From: Cladosporium halotolerans
Lineage: Eukaryota
NCBI RefSeq assembly: GCF_011745625.1
Contig: NW_027191462.1
Location: forward strand, 558,001-622,000
Length of the DNA stretch: 64,000 bases
Reading direction: 5' to 3'
Shown: positions 37,854 through 51,776 of the stretch, one piece after another
How positions within the stretch are numbered: the stretch's first letter is position 1
How the letters are laid out: every line of letters begins with the position of its first letter
Translations under genes and position numbers: made by a program
The notes under the pieces: model-generated
The model's input: only the letters and a program-made list of their open reading frames with translations
What the model was told of the DNA's origin: nothing
Database searches by the model: none

Positions 37854-40800
37854 CTAACCAAAGAAGGCGCGCACGGTCTTCTGAGTATCGGGCGACAGGG
37901 TGCTGAGGAGCTGGTCGGCATTGAGACCCGTGGCTTGCACCAACTTGCGGGTCGAGTCGACAATCCGCTGGGCCATGTTGCCTTGCAGCGTTTCGGCTTC
38001 GAGCGCGTGAGCAACGTAAGTGAAGCACTGGGCCGCCTTGGCGTGTACGGCGGGATTGGCCCTGGAGAAATGTTAGTTATCGCCTGAGGGTAGTTCGACG
38101 AATGGCAAGACTTACTGCTCGATCAGCTCGGCGAGGAAAGAGTACGCGTAAGGCGCGGCTTCCTCGTCATTGGTGACGGGAAGCGTGTCGATCCAGGCGT
38201 TGACGACCTCGGGGACGTTGGGCACCTTGCTGCTGTTGAAGTGCAGGATCTTGGCGATACTGGCGCAGGCGTTCTCGGTGGCGAAGGCGTCGTCGTCGCT
38301 GCGGGCGTTGGGTCGCTGGGTCACCTGGAACAAGATCGGCAAGCTGCCGGCTGCGAACTCAGACCAGGCCTCTGCACCCTTCTGTGCGGCAACACCAGCA
38401 CCGTAGCAGGCTGCTTGCCGGTTGGCGGGAGCATCGTCACGCATACCGTCAATCAAAGGCTGGACGATGTGTGTGTGGTAGTTCCAGGAGGCGGGGCCGC
38501 AGAACTCGAGCACGTCGTCGAGAATGCAGAGCGCCCATTGACGTTGCGTGGGGTCTGTGGAGGTGACGAAGAGATCGTAGTAGTTGAGAAGGCGCTCCCA
38601 GTGAGGGAGGAAAGACTGACCCTGGTGCTTGAAGATCGTGTGGAAGGCTTTGTTCATGTCGGACAGCAAAGTTTGGTCGTCCTCGATGGCAAACTGCAGC
38701 TCCTCGTCCAGCTCGTCGCCTTCCTCACGCTCGGCGGCATCCTCAAGGCGCTGCTTGACACGCTCTTGGTAGTCTTTCAGCACGGTCTCGGCCGAAGTGA
38801 TGAAAGTGGCCATGTGCTGGTTCGAGAGGCTGTCCTTGCCAGAAACCTCAACCGACTCGTAGAAACACTGGTACATCTCCGCTAGAGTCTCGATCGCGGG
38901 CTCCGTCTCGAGGACCTCCAGAACCTTTTCCAGGGTCTTGTTCCACATGGCAGCATACTCTTGCGAGGTGACGCCGTGAGCAGCCTTGAATGAGTTGAGG
39001 AGCTGGGGAACGGCCTTCGCAGAAGCAACACGCACAGGGTCGTGGAAGAAGAAAGCAAGACCAGGGAATGCAACTTTTTCGAGGATGTCGGCAGCGAACC
39101 TTGCAAAGCCAGCCTCGAGGTTTTGTGCGTAGACGGTGATGAGCTCGATGGCCATGAACTTGTCGTCGAGAGTGCTGGTCTTGATGCCGATGTACTTGCC
39201 CTTGAGCGGGACAAGCTCCCAGCCCTCCTCCTGCTCAATCTGAGCGACGTTCTCCTCGTCGTCGAGAAGCTGGATGTCTGCCTTTGCAGTCGCAAGCTTA
39301 GTGAGCGGCGGCATGACTGCGTCGAGGTAAGGCACGAAGTCTTGGCCGAGGACACGACACATGCGGCCCCAGCAGTGGAGCAGGTACTGTTCTTGAGGGT
39401 CGTCATCGTCAATCAGATTCGCCTGCACAGTACCCAGGATCTGAACAAGGTTGACAGCGTCCTGGCCCATGCGGTCCTTGCCAACGGCAAGAGCGATGAG
39501 AGTAGCGCACTCCATAGCCTTAGCTCTCAGTAGTCTCAGATCGCGCTCATTGGGCTGCGTGAGCACGTTAAACAGCAGCGGCATGAGGCGGTCGTACCAC
39601 TTGCCGAACGCCGACTCAGCAGAGTCTGCGACAGTGGCGATAGTTGAGAGAGCCTGCTCCTGCACAAAGCGCTTAGGGTTTTGCAGGAGTGCCATCAGCT
39701 GCTGCAATAATGTGTCGAGGTAAGGCTCGAGAATATCTTTCTCTGCCTCCTCACAGAAGTTGACGAGCGCAGCGGCAGCGTGGGACTGTACCCTGGGTTC
39801 AGGGGCACCAAGTACTGGGATCAAGGCCTGAAGAACGACCTGGTGGTACTTCGTCTGCATTGTACCCTTGAAGTCGGTGCTCATCTGACCAAGAGCGTTG
39901 CAACCTGCCCAGCGCACGCGAGGGTGAGGGTCGTTGAGAGCAGGGACAACAAGCTCCAGAACTTTGTCGAGTTCACCCTCCATGAGCTCCTGGCAGCCCT
40001 CCGAGATGGCGGAAATAGCCATGAGCGCAGCGTGCCTGTCTCTCCAGTTGGTCGATGTGATCATCCTCGGAAGCCAAGTGAATGTCGGGGGCAGGACAAT
40101 TTGACCACCAAGCTTGTTTGCGAGACGATCCATGCACTGCTCGCCAGCTACGTGGTTGGAGTCGCTCTCATCAAGATCCAGATCCTCCTGTGCGTTCCAT
40201 TCCTCGGCGTTCTCATCGTCGGCACCAACGTCTGTCATCAAAGACAGGCACTGGGTGACCATGTTCTCAATGTAGGCAGGCTCCTTCCTGCACATCGTGG
40301 GGTTGCAGTCGGCGAACGTTGCCATGAGCTCCAGAGCGTTCTGCCTGGTCTGGTCCTCCAAATCCTTATCCGAGATCATGCTGATGGCTAGAGTAACCAG
40401 CTGGGAGAAGACGCCCTTGAACATCTTTGAGGAGGCTTCAGCAAGGTCGATGATGGTAACAAGTGCCTTGGTGAGCTGATCGGAGTCGTTGGCCTCCTTC
40501 AAAGGGACCAGGGTGTTCAGGATCTCCGGAATCAAGGCGTAGTACTTCTGCTGGCTCTTCTTGGTCAAGCTGACGAAGAAGGCCGAGAACGCAGACATGG
40601 TCGCTAACCGCACGTCCGCTTCGGGGTCCTTGATGCCGCGGTTGAAGACCTCCAGCACAGCGTTCTCGTGTTGCTTTTCTATAATGCCGGGTGTGCTCTC
40701 GAAGATCTTGAACGCGCTTTCCCTCATACCAGCCTCAGGCGAGTTGCTCGCCTGGAAGAGCGCGCCCAGCAGCTCTGGCCAGGTGTCCCTCGATCCGTCT

Positions 40801-41280
40801 GGGTTCATGACCTCCTCGTCCGTGTATTGTCTGGCAAGCTCGGCCACCGCGTCGCCAATCTTGTTCCTGACACTCGTCTTCGGCTCTTGCGCGTGGGCTT
40901 GCAACAGTTTGCCGCGAATCTGGCCCCTCGCCTCGCTGCTCAGGTGAAGGAAGATTTCCTTGGACTCACCCGAGCTGGCTTCCTTGATCGTGCGGGCGGA
41001 CATGCGTCTGAAGAGCACGGCGGAGAAGGCTCGCGTCTGCGGTTCACGTCAGCAGGTACCTTGAGCGCAATTCACATGAGCTTTGGTTGTCACTCACACC
41101 CTCGTCCTGCGATCCTTGCATCTGCTCCGCCAAACCCATGAGCAGCATGTCGGGTCGCTGGTTGATCCACTCATCGTTGAGGGTTTTCTCGGCCTGGGTT
41201 CTGACGGTGTTGTCGGTGCTCTGAAGTGCCTGCAGCACTTGGTTCAAGGCGCTGTGCACCTCGGCGGGGAGGACAGACAT
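37854..41280 (-). CDS. PSE1: Importin beta-3 / karyopherin Kap121 (IPO5 orthologue)
   Basis: HEAT-repeat protein with EQCMDRLANKLGG, WRDRHAALMAISAISEGC, GIKTSTLDDK, ATENACASIAKI; 2 introns. Confidence 0.93.
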
Positions 41281-41873
41281 CTTCGCAAAGGGCGGGCGCC
41301 GAAAGGGTCGCTGTGTTGTTTGTGTGGGGAAAGAAGCGCCTTCAGCCCGGAAGCATGCGCCTGATCTCCCTGTGCGAGGCGATTTTTGGCGAGAAAGAGG
41401 TAGTGGTGCTCAGAGGCTTTAAGTGAACGATCCGCCGGTGGACAATCAGACGGGTGGTGGTTTTGGGAGTTGTATGTGCAGTGGTCGTCCGGCTGGCATG
41501 CAAGTATGGATTCTTTGGTGGGACCTGACATTTTCCCGTCGAGGGTCCCTTAGAAAAGAAGGCACGGACCGCGGGATCTGCCGTCGCGGTACCGATGCCT
41601 TGTACCATCTGCCCCGCCAACCCCGTCATAATAACATAGATGCGTCGGGCAGAGACAGGCGAAACATTGTCTTATTGTCAAAGACGCTTAAGCATTACGT
41701 ACTTATTTACTGCAAGATACTGGTATTCTACTGCTACACGCTCTTAAAAATCTCGCGGCTAGAGGGGAATTGTCGCTTTGCAGCATTGCTGTTCCAAGGA
41801 AAATTACTCAAGCTCGCCGGGCAGAAACAAAGAAGAAACACTAGGGAAACACAATCGAACGTAAGAAAGCAAA

Positions 41874-43978
41874 TCATCTGCTCGAGGCACGGCCGATGGC
41901 GAACGTGACGATGATCACACCAGCCAGTACAGCAATCGCGCCAGGCAGAAGCAGCTCATTGGGCACACCCTGAATGACCTGTGGCTGCTCTTGGTTCTTG
42001 GCCGCATTCGCCTTGCGCTCTCTCGGGCGAAGGCTGGGCGACTCTTCCTCATCCTCGTCGTCGAAACGTCTGCGCCTGATGTGGCTCTCAGGGGGAGTGA
42101 GTGGGGCAGCAAGAGGTTGAGGCTCGGTCGTTGGCGGGATTGCCGGCTTTTCAGGATCGTGAACGAAGAGGTCGACCTTGTCTTTGCGTGCTTGACGAGC
42201 CAGCATGATAGCCTCGAGGAGATCACCATCAGTGGTGATACTTACGATGTCGCCCTCGTTATCCATGTAAGCCATTGCGAAGCCTGCGTGGCTCAGCTTG
42301 CCGTCCTCGAAGGTCGGGACGCCCCCAAGACCCTCGGCCTCGCTACCAAGCTTTTCGGCCACGACAGACAGAAGTTCAGCCAGACCGGCAGATGCTACAA
42401 TCTGAAGTCTGTGCACTCTGCCACCTGGAGCCTTGAACTTGAAAGTAAAAGGATGATCTTCTGAGGCTCCAGCAAGTTGCGAGTGTTCGGGAGATTCGGG
42501 AACACCGGCGTGAGAAGCCGAGTCGGTGGGGAGGACACTATCCAGGCGGTCGATCATTCCAGGTCGGGCTTCGCTCGGTGACATCAAAGACCGTGCATCG
42601 GGTGTGTGCGGGTGATGGCTGCTCCCTTCTCCGGACATCATAGACTCCGTTTCATCTCCCATCGACATCCAGAACTTGTTCCACGCAGGACCTTCTCCAT
42701 CGCCAGTCGACATACTGTTGATCTGCGTCAAGTTAGAAAGTGTACTTTGTACGGTCGGTCGTCGCGATCAATCTTACCTGGTCAAGCGTGGCGTATGTCA
42801 GCTTCAAGACATCGACCATGCCGACAATCTCGTCGCTCTCCTTGTTCATAACAGGAAGGTTGAGGTAGTGGCCATCGTGCATCTTTCGAAGGGCTTGCTG
42901 AATGCTCATGTCCGCCGGAGCAAAGTCGGGGTGGGGAGTCATGACACGGATGACACTGCAATTGGCAGGGTCGAGGCCAGCAGCAATGACACGCAGGACA
43001 ACGTCCTTGGATGTGAAGATACCAGTAATCTGGCCTTGGTCCTGAACGAGAACAGCGGTGGTGTGGTTCTCCTTCATCGCCTGCGCCGCCTCCTTGACGC
43101 TGGTTCGCACAGAGACGGTGGTAGGAGGCAGGCCGTTCAGGACAGACTCGAGGGTAGGCCCAGACATCCTCGATCTGACAGCTTCGACGTATTGGATGAT
43201 TTGCTGCGGCTGGCTAGAACCGAGCTCTGCCTGAACACCTTCCAGCGCATCGTATAGCTTCTTGGACGAGGCGTAAGCGCGCTCGAGCTTCTCCATCGCG
43301 TCGTAAAAGCACTTGGTAATGTCCAAAATACCAGAGATGTCGTGGTTCTCGTCCATGACCGGCAAGTGTCGGAAGCCCTTGCGCACCATCAGGTCCAGGG
43401 CATCGGTGGCGCTGGTGTCCGTCTTTGCGCAGAGAGGGTTCTTGGTCATGATTTCCGCGATTGTCACATTGTTCGCCTTGAGCCCAGCGCCAACAACCCT
43501 GAAAGCCAGATCCTTTGCCGTAAAGATACCAGCAATTCTGTCATCGTCGTCGGTGACCAAAACGCAGTCCTCGCGCTTGGCGGCCATCAATTGAGAGGCC
43601 TCGGTCACGGTCATGTTTGGCTTAATTTGGAGGGCCTGATTCGGGCGGAGGGCGAGGACGGTTCCTGGAGGGACCTTGCGGCTCTGACGAGAGCGGTTTC
43701 CGCCCGCACGTTTCTTACTAAGGTCCTTCTCGAGCTTGGTACGGAGGGCCTACAGAAAGCCAAGTCAGACGGTGTTTGTATTCCAACCCGCACTTGTGTG
43801 ATCATACTTCATCTCTCTTCGATTGCTTCGCTCTTACGGCGCTGTGGCTAGTGTTGGCTTCACTCTGTGCCGATTCCAGCTTCGGTCTCGGGATATTCGA
43901 CGCCAGGGACGGGCTCTCCGAGTACACGCTCTGAGGACGGCCCTTGGGCGTGCCTCTGAAGGTGCCGGTAGAAGACAT
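41874..43978 (-). CDS. CBS-domain + PB1-domain protein with C-terminal TM (Mug70-like)
   Basis: Four CBS motifs (GIFTAKDLAFRVV, GFRHLPV, GIFTSKDVVLRV, HYLNLPV), PB1 (FKFKAPGGRVHR...YMDNEGDIVSITTDGDL), tail anchor; 2 introns. Confidence 0.9.
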
Positions 43979-44391
43979 GGTGGTGTTCGGAGACGCAGTG
44001 GAGTGCTGCACGAGGGGTTGTGTTGGTGCCGCGCAGGAGCAGCAGTCCAGGTGCGGGATCAATCACAAGGGCAGGGCGAAACAGCGCTGCTACCCAAGCT
44101 TTGAAACCAGGGAGTAAACATGGGGTTCCAGATGGGCTGCCTGACGTCTGCATGGTTGCCTGAGGGAAAAGCTTCTGGCGGTGGCGTCGAAGACGGCAGG
44201 TCCGGCGAGCGCGTCTGCCAAGCCGGAGTCGACCTCTGTGCGGTGGGTGGAAATTGAGAGTGGCAGCGCACGCTAGTGACCTGCAAACCGACCACTCCAC
44301 CACCACCGCCGACAATACTAACCTCACAGCACTCGAGCAGCTTCAGCAGGTAGAACATACCCGCTGATCCCACTCGTCGCAAGTCGCAAAG

Positions 44392-45017
44392 ATGGTCAAG
44401 AAGCGCGCGTCCAAGTACGACACCCCGAGCGCATCCAAATGCCAACACTTCTTCCGGGCCGACGAGGGACATGGCTAACATCTGGTTTGCAGCGGCCGCA
44501 ACAAGAACGGCAGGGGCCACGTCAAGCCCGTCCGTTGCTCCAACTGCTCGAGATGCACCCCTAAGGACAAGGCCATCAAGAGATTCACCATCCGCAACAT
44601 GGTCGAGTCCGCCGCCATCCGTACGTCGACCCGAATCACCCTTATGCATATGCAGCCGAAAACGAGAGTGGAGGATACAAAAGGAGTCGACGGGAAGGGA
44701 ACAATGGACTGACGGTCTACACGCACAGGTGACATCTCTGACGCCTCCGTCTTCGCTGAGTACTCTGTCCCCAAGATGTACCTCAAGCTCCAGTACTGCG
44801 TCTCCTGCGCCATCCACGGCAAGATCGTCCGGTACGTTCTCAGCGAAACAGCGCGAGCGCCACTCGCAGCGCGCAAAACACATCTACTAACACACCACCA
44901 AGTGTCCGCTCCCGCGAGGGCCGCCGTAACCGCGCTCCCCCGCCCCGCGTGCGTTTCAACAAGGACGGCAAGAAGATCAACCCCCTTCAGACCGGCAAGA
45001 CCGCCGGTGGCGCCTAA
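44392..45017 (+). CDS. RPS26: 40S ribosomal protein S26 (eS26), 4 exons
   Basis: [39 protein letters not shown]...[31 protein letters not shown]. Confidence 0.97.
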
Positions 45018-45818
45018 GCACGACGCATGACCGGAAATAGCCAAAAGACGAAGTTCATTTTCATGCATCACGGCGATTGAGGGAGTATGGGGCGTCTGTC
45101 TCTCGGTTGAGAAGAGGGCACGGGGAAAAGCTTGATTGCAGCGGATGAAATACCCCGTGCCGGCCATCTGATGCGCTCGGTAGCTGCAGATAGCTCAGAA
45201 TCCAGAACACCTTGAAAGTCGACGTGTTTTGACGCCACGCTGTTCTACGCCCTCCCGCGCGATTCAGAACGAATATCCATCGCGACAATGCTTTCAACAC
45301 GCCGGATCGCCACTTTCATACCAGCCCTCACGTGATGGACACCCGCACACAACTCAGTCCTCCCTCGACGACCAACGTCTTAGCACTCATGTCAAATTGC
45401 AACTACTGCCACAAACAATTCCAATGGCTTCTTGTTGTGCCGAAGATGTGCTTAAAGCAACAGACCTCCCGTCTCGAGACTAGCTCTCGTTTCACCCTCG
45501 CCTTTGCGCTTCTGTGCGGATGGCGGATTGGGCGGGAGGCGGACATCCGATTGTTTTGTTGACGTCCAGCGTGAAATTATATTATTTACCTAGGTACAAT
45601 GTTGTGTGTAAAATACCATTTTTTCAGAACTGTATGAACTTTTCACAAAAGTCGCTTTATTCTCGCTTTCGATCAGTTTGGAAATTCAAAAAGGGAATAA
45701 AGACTGTACCTCACTGCACTGATCGCAGCATTTCTTTTCATCATGTCCGAGACTGGTTCATTTATGTACACGGGCTTTCTATACTTTTACAAGGACATCC
45801 ATCACCGGTCCGGAATTT

Positions 45819-47805
45819 CTATTCGAACCCACTTTCGTGCACATCACCATCCTCCTCATCCTGCCCTGAAGCCATATTAGCTTCCGACAGCGCCAACTCC
45901 AACCTTGACGGTCTAAAGGGCCACTCAAAGAAAGCTTTCACCAGCTTCCTCCACATCTCCGGCGTCAGCATGCGCACAGAGAGATTTTTCGGATCCAACC
46001 TGCCGCCCCGTCTCGGGTCCGCGAGCTCTGGGACCTGAGGGATCAGGTCCTGTGCCGCGTTAGGCGCCAGTCGATCCAGCGCCGCGGGCAGGGGGTGCGC
46101 CGACATGAGGAACATGTTCCTCAGCATCCTTTGACACACTTTGACGCCGTCCAGCTGGGAGGCGACGTCTGGAACCGAGAGGTCTTCGGAATGTGGAGTG
46201 AAGTCGAGCAGTGTCAGGTTGTAGTTCGGCCAGAACTCGTCTGGCTTGATAAGGAGGGGCTCGTAGGATCGGCGGTCGCGATTGAGGGTAGGGGGTTGGG
46301 CTGCGCAGGAGACGTAGTCTTCGAGTATCATCTGTATGTAATATTGGGATGATTGACCGGTGTATTCCTCGACAAGCTCGTCGGTGGACGTGCCGCAGGC
46401 TAAGACCTCGGCGCGAAGCGTGGAGAGCTGCGGCGGAGAGTCAGGGTTGGCCTCGGCGACGGCGGCGTAGTTGGCTTCGAGGTTGATAAGGCGGGCGTAG
46501 AAATCCATGACGAGCATCGCGCGGGTCAGGGTCGAGGTGCCGCAGTGGAAAGCGACTACTTTCTTCTCTCTGACATTAGCTATGCATTGCGGGTAGCGAA
46601 TGTGGGTTGCCAGGAATCGATCGCCCGCGGCTCCTCGGAATTCGGCCTTGTTCTCGTGACTCTTCGAGCGAGTTCGAGCTAGGATGTCTTTCAAGGCACT
46701 CGCATGAGTTCGGAAGTCCTCGATGGCTTCTTCTAGATCGGCGATACTCGTGCACGTCGTTGCCATCATTTCTCGGTACGGAGAGGAATCCCCTTCCTCG
46801 TTGTTAAAAGGCATCTCGCGGCCAGGTGGAATTTTCGTGCCATTCTCAGCCATACTGCTCCTAACCTGCTCAGCTACAATCCTATCAAGCAACGATGGAC
46901 GTGATTGATTTCTGCCGGATGGCCTGTTCTCCAGCCGCTCGGTTCCTGCAACCTCCGTGACGTTTGCCCCAAGTGCGAGGCCGACGGAGAAACTCCTGTT
47001 GAAACGGGTGAGTCCGGGGAGCGCCAATGGCTTGGAAGCCTCTGGCACCCACCACAGCATGCGAACCAAGCTGTTGCCATGGATGGTCTCGTTCAATTGC
47101 GCCGCGTAAGTCATATGCTGCATGATCAGAGGGGCATAGTCCACGTGGCCAGCGATTGCTTGAATTTCGTATCTCCTCCACATATTTCCGATCAAGAGCA
47201 AATTCGTGTCGAGTTCGCGCAATTTAGGGTCGTCCCGCTCGAGAGTTGGCTGGGGGGCCAGATCTGGATCGTTCATTATTGTTTTGTAATTGTTCCAGTA
47301 CTCTCGCGGGTGAGCTCCTGTCAGTTCCGTGTGCCGATACGTCGACCCGGGCTTCTCCAGAAGAGGTTTTATAAAAGGCTTGTAGTAGCGCTGTTCCGGC
47401 TCCATGAGGACGTGACGCTTAGGTTTGAGGTACTCGTGCAGTTTTGACGACCACAGGCACGCACCTGGGTGCACATCGATGATTGTGCATCCTTTGTAAG
47501 GCTCAAGCGACGGGGCCAAGTAGTTGATCAGGTCACCTACGTAAACGCATTAGTTTATCGTCGGGTGATTCACAAACATACGCGAATCGCCACTCACCAC
47601 AGAGTTTCTCGCTGACGACTTCCGCTCGTCTTCCTGGATGCCTGTCATGCGATTCCTCTAATTTGGTTCGTCGTGCGGATTTGATTGACTTGTAACCACC
47701 GAAGACATCGGTCAGGGTTTGTGTAATTGGGTACCGTGGGTCAATGTATTGTTGAGGGATTTGTCGTTTCCGGGCAGGACTACACAAGCGTAAAGATGCC
47801 CTCAT
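45819..47805 (-). CDS. MTF1: Mitochondrial transcription factor Mtf1-like (rRNA adenine methyltransferase fold)
   Basis: Basic presequence, VVSEKLC|DDLINYL, IIDVHPGACLWS, LLLIGN, AFFEWPFRP; 1 intron. Confidence 0.75.
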
Positions 47806-48311
47806 CAGCGTGGAGAAGAAGACGAGGTCACTTTGGGATTCAGTGTAGCGTCAGGTATCGTGGCTTGGAAATTGCAGTGCATAAATGCTCGCGACGGGGA
47901 TTAAATATTACTAAAAAGGGCGTCGAAGGAGAACAAGGTGGTGGAAGCAGATGCCGCCAGACGTTCCTCAGGCTCTGCTTAGGAGAACAGCGGGCGGCCT
48001 CGTGGCAAGCAGGGATTCTCTGCGGACTCCGGGCCCGACGGCGGCTGCCGCTTGGCAACGTCGCTCCACCCCAAGCAGGCAGCGACAGCGAGGTGAAACA
48101 GCCCTGCTCACCCGCCTCGCCTTGCAATAACAACGGCGGGATCTGTCCACCAACTTCACTCAACCACAACCACTTACGTCGATAAATTCCCTTGTCTCCC
48201 ACCAGGCTTTGCGCCTATTGCTAGAACACGCCCTCTCTGCTGTGGTGCTCACAGATCGGTTGGGCATCGACACAAGCTCACGAACATATTGATGCGATAC
48301 CCGTGGCAATT

Positions 48312-49883
48312 ATGGCTCTCTCGAGGCACCATGCCTCTATTACCCGACCCCTGAATGTGCAAGAAATTGTCGAACAAGCTCAAGATTTTGATTTCTCTCC
48401 CTCCCGCGATTTGCGAGCATGGCTACGCGCCGCCCGCATGCTGTTGACTGAGGCGGCCATCTGTGAGCAGGATGGCAATCTGCAGATGGCTTACCTGTAC
48501 CTCTACCGCCATGCCGAGCTCATTATTGGCAAGATCCCGACTCACCCCGATGTGAAGAACCCAAAGTGCAAGGCGGATTTGAACTCGGCGCGAAAGGTCG
48601 TCCACAAGAATCTGGTCAAGCTGGAGCAATGGAAGCCGAGGATTACGCAGCAGTACCAGCGCTACAGTAAAGCAATGGAGCATCGCAATGCTGAGAAGCA
48701 GCGTATCTACGATGAGCATCGCCATGCACGTTTTTCAGAAGATCTTGGACGCAGGCCTTCGCTCCCCAACGTCGAGGCTTATCAAGATCCCGCCGAAGCC
48801 CTGGATGCATCGGAAAATAGGGACCTTGCCGTAGATTTGGCGCGGCATGAGCTTCGGCGGCGCGACATCAACAGACAAACGACCAGGCAAGCTGGTGTCT
48901 CGCCTGGCACTGTTGCTTCACGACGACAAGGCCTTGTGATGGACCCCGAGGAGCCATGCCAGGTCACCGATCAGCCGGTACCTGAACCTGACGGGATATC
49001 TGAAGGTATCAGAGAGGCTGGCAGCTACCTTTACCAACGCGAGCAGCAATACCGTCAAAGCAGAACGCACGACTCTGCCGACCAACAGCGGTTTCAATAT
49101 CCGACAGTCCCTGCAAAGGAAGGTACAATGCAATGGAATTCGGCACCGTTGCAACCCCGCAACTCGCAGATTCCTCACGACCTGCCACCTACTATACCAG
49201 CAAAGGACGGATCTCACGACGCTGCGCCGCCAGTACCTGCAAAGCACACCGAGCAAACAGCTTCAAGTGCTCCTCCCAAAAACCAGGCATCGAAGGTGAC
49301 CTTCAAACCAAACGCTTTCACGGAAGGAGGTGTTCCACTGCGCACAGTCTTTCTCCCGCCAACCTTGCGAACTACCTTCCTCAACCTTGCTCACGCGAAC
49401 ACGCTGCGCAATCTAGAGACCTGCGGCATTCTGTGCGGCACCGTGATATCGAATGCTCTTTTCATCAGCCATCTGGTGATTCCGGATCAACAAAGCACAA
49501 GTGATACTTGCGACACCACGGAGGAAGGCGACAATGAGTTGTTCGACTTCTGCGACGGCAACGACCTGCTCGTCTGTGGCTGGATACATACGCACCCGTC
49601 GCAATCCTGCTTCCTCTCCTCCCGCGATCTACACACCAGTTCTGGTTACCAAGTCATGCTCCCAGAAGCGATCGCAATCGTTTGCGCGCCGCGCTCAAAT
49701 CCAGACTGGGGTATTTTCAGGCTGACTGATCCACCGGGTCTGCCAGCCGTGCTCAACTGCCAGCAGAAAGGGCTCTTCCATCCGCATAGCGAGACAAATC
49801 TCTACACGGATGCGCTGAGGCCAGGGCACGTTATCGAGGGCCCAGGGCTCAAGTTTCAGACCGTCGATCTGAGGAAAGCTTAA
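48312..49883 (+). CDS. AMSH/STAMBP-like JAMM deubiquitinase with N-terminal MIT/USP8-dimer domain
   Basis: ETCGILCG, JAMM motif WIHTHPSQSCFLSSRDLHT, FHPH. Confidence 0.93.
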   Translation: MALSRHHASITRPLNVQEIVEQAQDFDFSPSRDLRAWLRAARMLLTEAAICEQDGNLQMAYLYLYRHAELIIGKIPTHPDVKNPKCKADLNSARKVVHKNLVKLEQWKPRITQQYQRYSKAMEHRNAEKQRIYDEHRHARFSEDLGRRPSLPNVEAYQDPAEALDASENRDLAVDLARHELRRRDINRQTTRQAGVSPGTVASRRQGLVMDPEEPCQVTDQPVPEPDGISEGIREAGSYLYQREQQYRQSRTHDSADQQRFQYPTVPAKEGTMQWNSAPLQPRNSQIPHDLPPTIPAKDGSHDAAPPVPAKHTEQTASSAPPKNQASKVTFKPNAFTEGGVPLRTVFLPPTLRTTFLNLAHANTLRNLETCGILCGTVISNALFISHLVIPDQQSTSDTCDTTEEGDNELFDFCDGNDLLVCGWIHTHPSQSCFLSSRDLHTSSGYQVMLPEAIAIVCAPRSNPDWGIFRLTDPPGLPAVLNCQQKGLFHPHSETNLYTDALRPGHVIEGPGLKFQTVDLRKA

Positions 49884-50439
49884 GCGATGCAGGGATGCGA
49901 AAAGGATAAGGCGTGCCGTTGCTCGAAATTCCGATGCTGTATGTACATATGCGTCGTGGCAATAGAGGAGCACAAGTATACTTCCATGGCGCTAGTCTGA
50001 TGCCATGAAGATCTGTCAAATGATGTGCATATATCTCATCAGTAGGTTCAAATGGCAGAAAGGTACCTGTTGCGGGGCCCGCAATAAACGTGAGCAACCC
50101 CGGACCCTGAGACGTCACCGTGCAGCGGGCTGGACTCCCTTGGGCCACTCACGGCCGGCGGCTTGGAGAGCACCGCCTGAAGAAACGGCAGCTCTCATTT
50201 ACCTTCTATTCAACTTCACCACCGCCCACGCTTTCCCACAAATACACATTACCGCCCCTTCTACACTGAGTTGCATCTGCCCCGTCATTCCGGTCTCGCT
50301 GTTCCCCGCAATATCTCGCAAGCTTCTCACGCGCCCCTCAATCGCAACCCCACCAAGAAAGAAGAGCTCTCTTCTATCGAGACGCGCCCAGACACCGTCT
50401 AGGGGTATCCGTACCGCAAACTCACGCCAAAATACCACC

Positions 50440-51326
50440 ATGTCCAACGCGCCAACCCTCATCAACCTCCCTCCGCCGCCGTCGGACCCTGTGACTCCGT
50501 CGGACATCCCGTAAGTCCCTCCATCCCACACGTACCTCGCTCCAACGCTCACAGCTAACCACCCAGGTCCCGAAGCGGCACGCCCAACTCCACGGCAACC
50601 TCGATGTCCGAACTGTCCACTGTCGCAATCAAAGACGGTCACCGAGGCCACCTTCCCCACCACCACACCCAAGCACCGTCAGGCCTCAGCCACCAGCTCG
50701 ATGCCGAGCGTGCCGACCGCATCTCGCGCCTCGCAGGCCTCGAGCGCGTCACCACCGCCCGCAATCCCACCCCTATCGGCCAGCTCACGCCAGGTGCCGC
50801 TGCGCCCGCTCAGCCTCCGCATAGCTACTTCGACGCCCAAGGCAACCCCGTCATGGGCCGCGAGCGTAGCACCGTCGGCAGCGCGTCTGCAACCGGCAGT
50901 GTAGGCGGCCGCACGACCTGGGCAGGCAGCGAAGCTGGCGACGCCGACAAGATGAGCGAAAGCCAGGACATGGACATGGACGCCTCGTCGGTGGGCGGGA
51001 TGTCCGAGGAAGGCACAGGCAGCCTGGTCGGCTTCGGCGAGAGCGGCGCCCGCACGCCTGCCCGCCAGAGCGTCATCAGCAACCCCGGCGCTGGCTCTGT
51101 TAAGGCTACCACCCCGACCGCCCGCGACGCCCGCATGATCGACGGCATGACTTACGACCGCGATGTCATCGACACGACTGCTGCCCAGAGGCCCGTGAGC
51201 GGGACTGCGACGGAGCAGGCGGAACGCATCATGCGCGACAACATGGATACGACGAGTAACGACCGCATGCGCGGGGGTGGTAGTGCGCGAGCGGGCGACC
51301 TGGGGAAGTTCGAGTTTGAGAAGTAG
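50440..51326 (+). CDS. Conserved fungal hypothetical protein, 2 exons
   Basis: MSNAPTLINLPPPPSDPVTPS|...GTPNSTATSMSELSTVAIKDGH, ERADRISRLAGLERV; strong coding codon bias. Confidence 0.75.
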
Positions 51327-51776
51327 AAGGAGAGATTCGTGATCACGGCGATCGCTTTTCGTTTTACTCTCTGCTTGTTCGGATTATGGTTGCTGCGCTG
51401 GGTTGCTGCTGCTGAGTTCTGGGCTCATTCGGTGTTTCTGTGAGGGCTGTTTTCTCTTCTTTGTTTTGATGACGAGCACAGTTTACGATGATACCAACTG
51501 AAAAAGAACATCTTTTGGACCATGGCAGGTTCCAGGTCAACAGTGCAGATGATCATCTTATCTGACAAGAGCTAGAAGCAAGGTAAGGGCAAGCTCACCA
51601 GACAATATGGAGATGGAGGAACCGAACAACGAGGAAGGAGACAGAGACATGTTCCACAAGCTGAGTATATTCCATCCCACCGCCCCAAGCCCAAGAACAT
51701 CTAATTTCATTCATTCATCGCGTTCGTAAATCATCAGTCAATTCCAAATATCCCTCGCGCAGGACACAGCTCAGTA

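Noticed and set aside
44621..44729. Possible snoRNA in RPS26 intron 2 (GTCGAC inverted ends)
   Set aside because: No convincing C/D or H/ACA box arrangement could be read.
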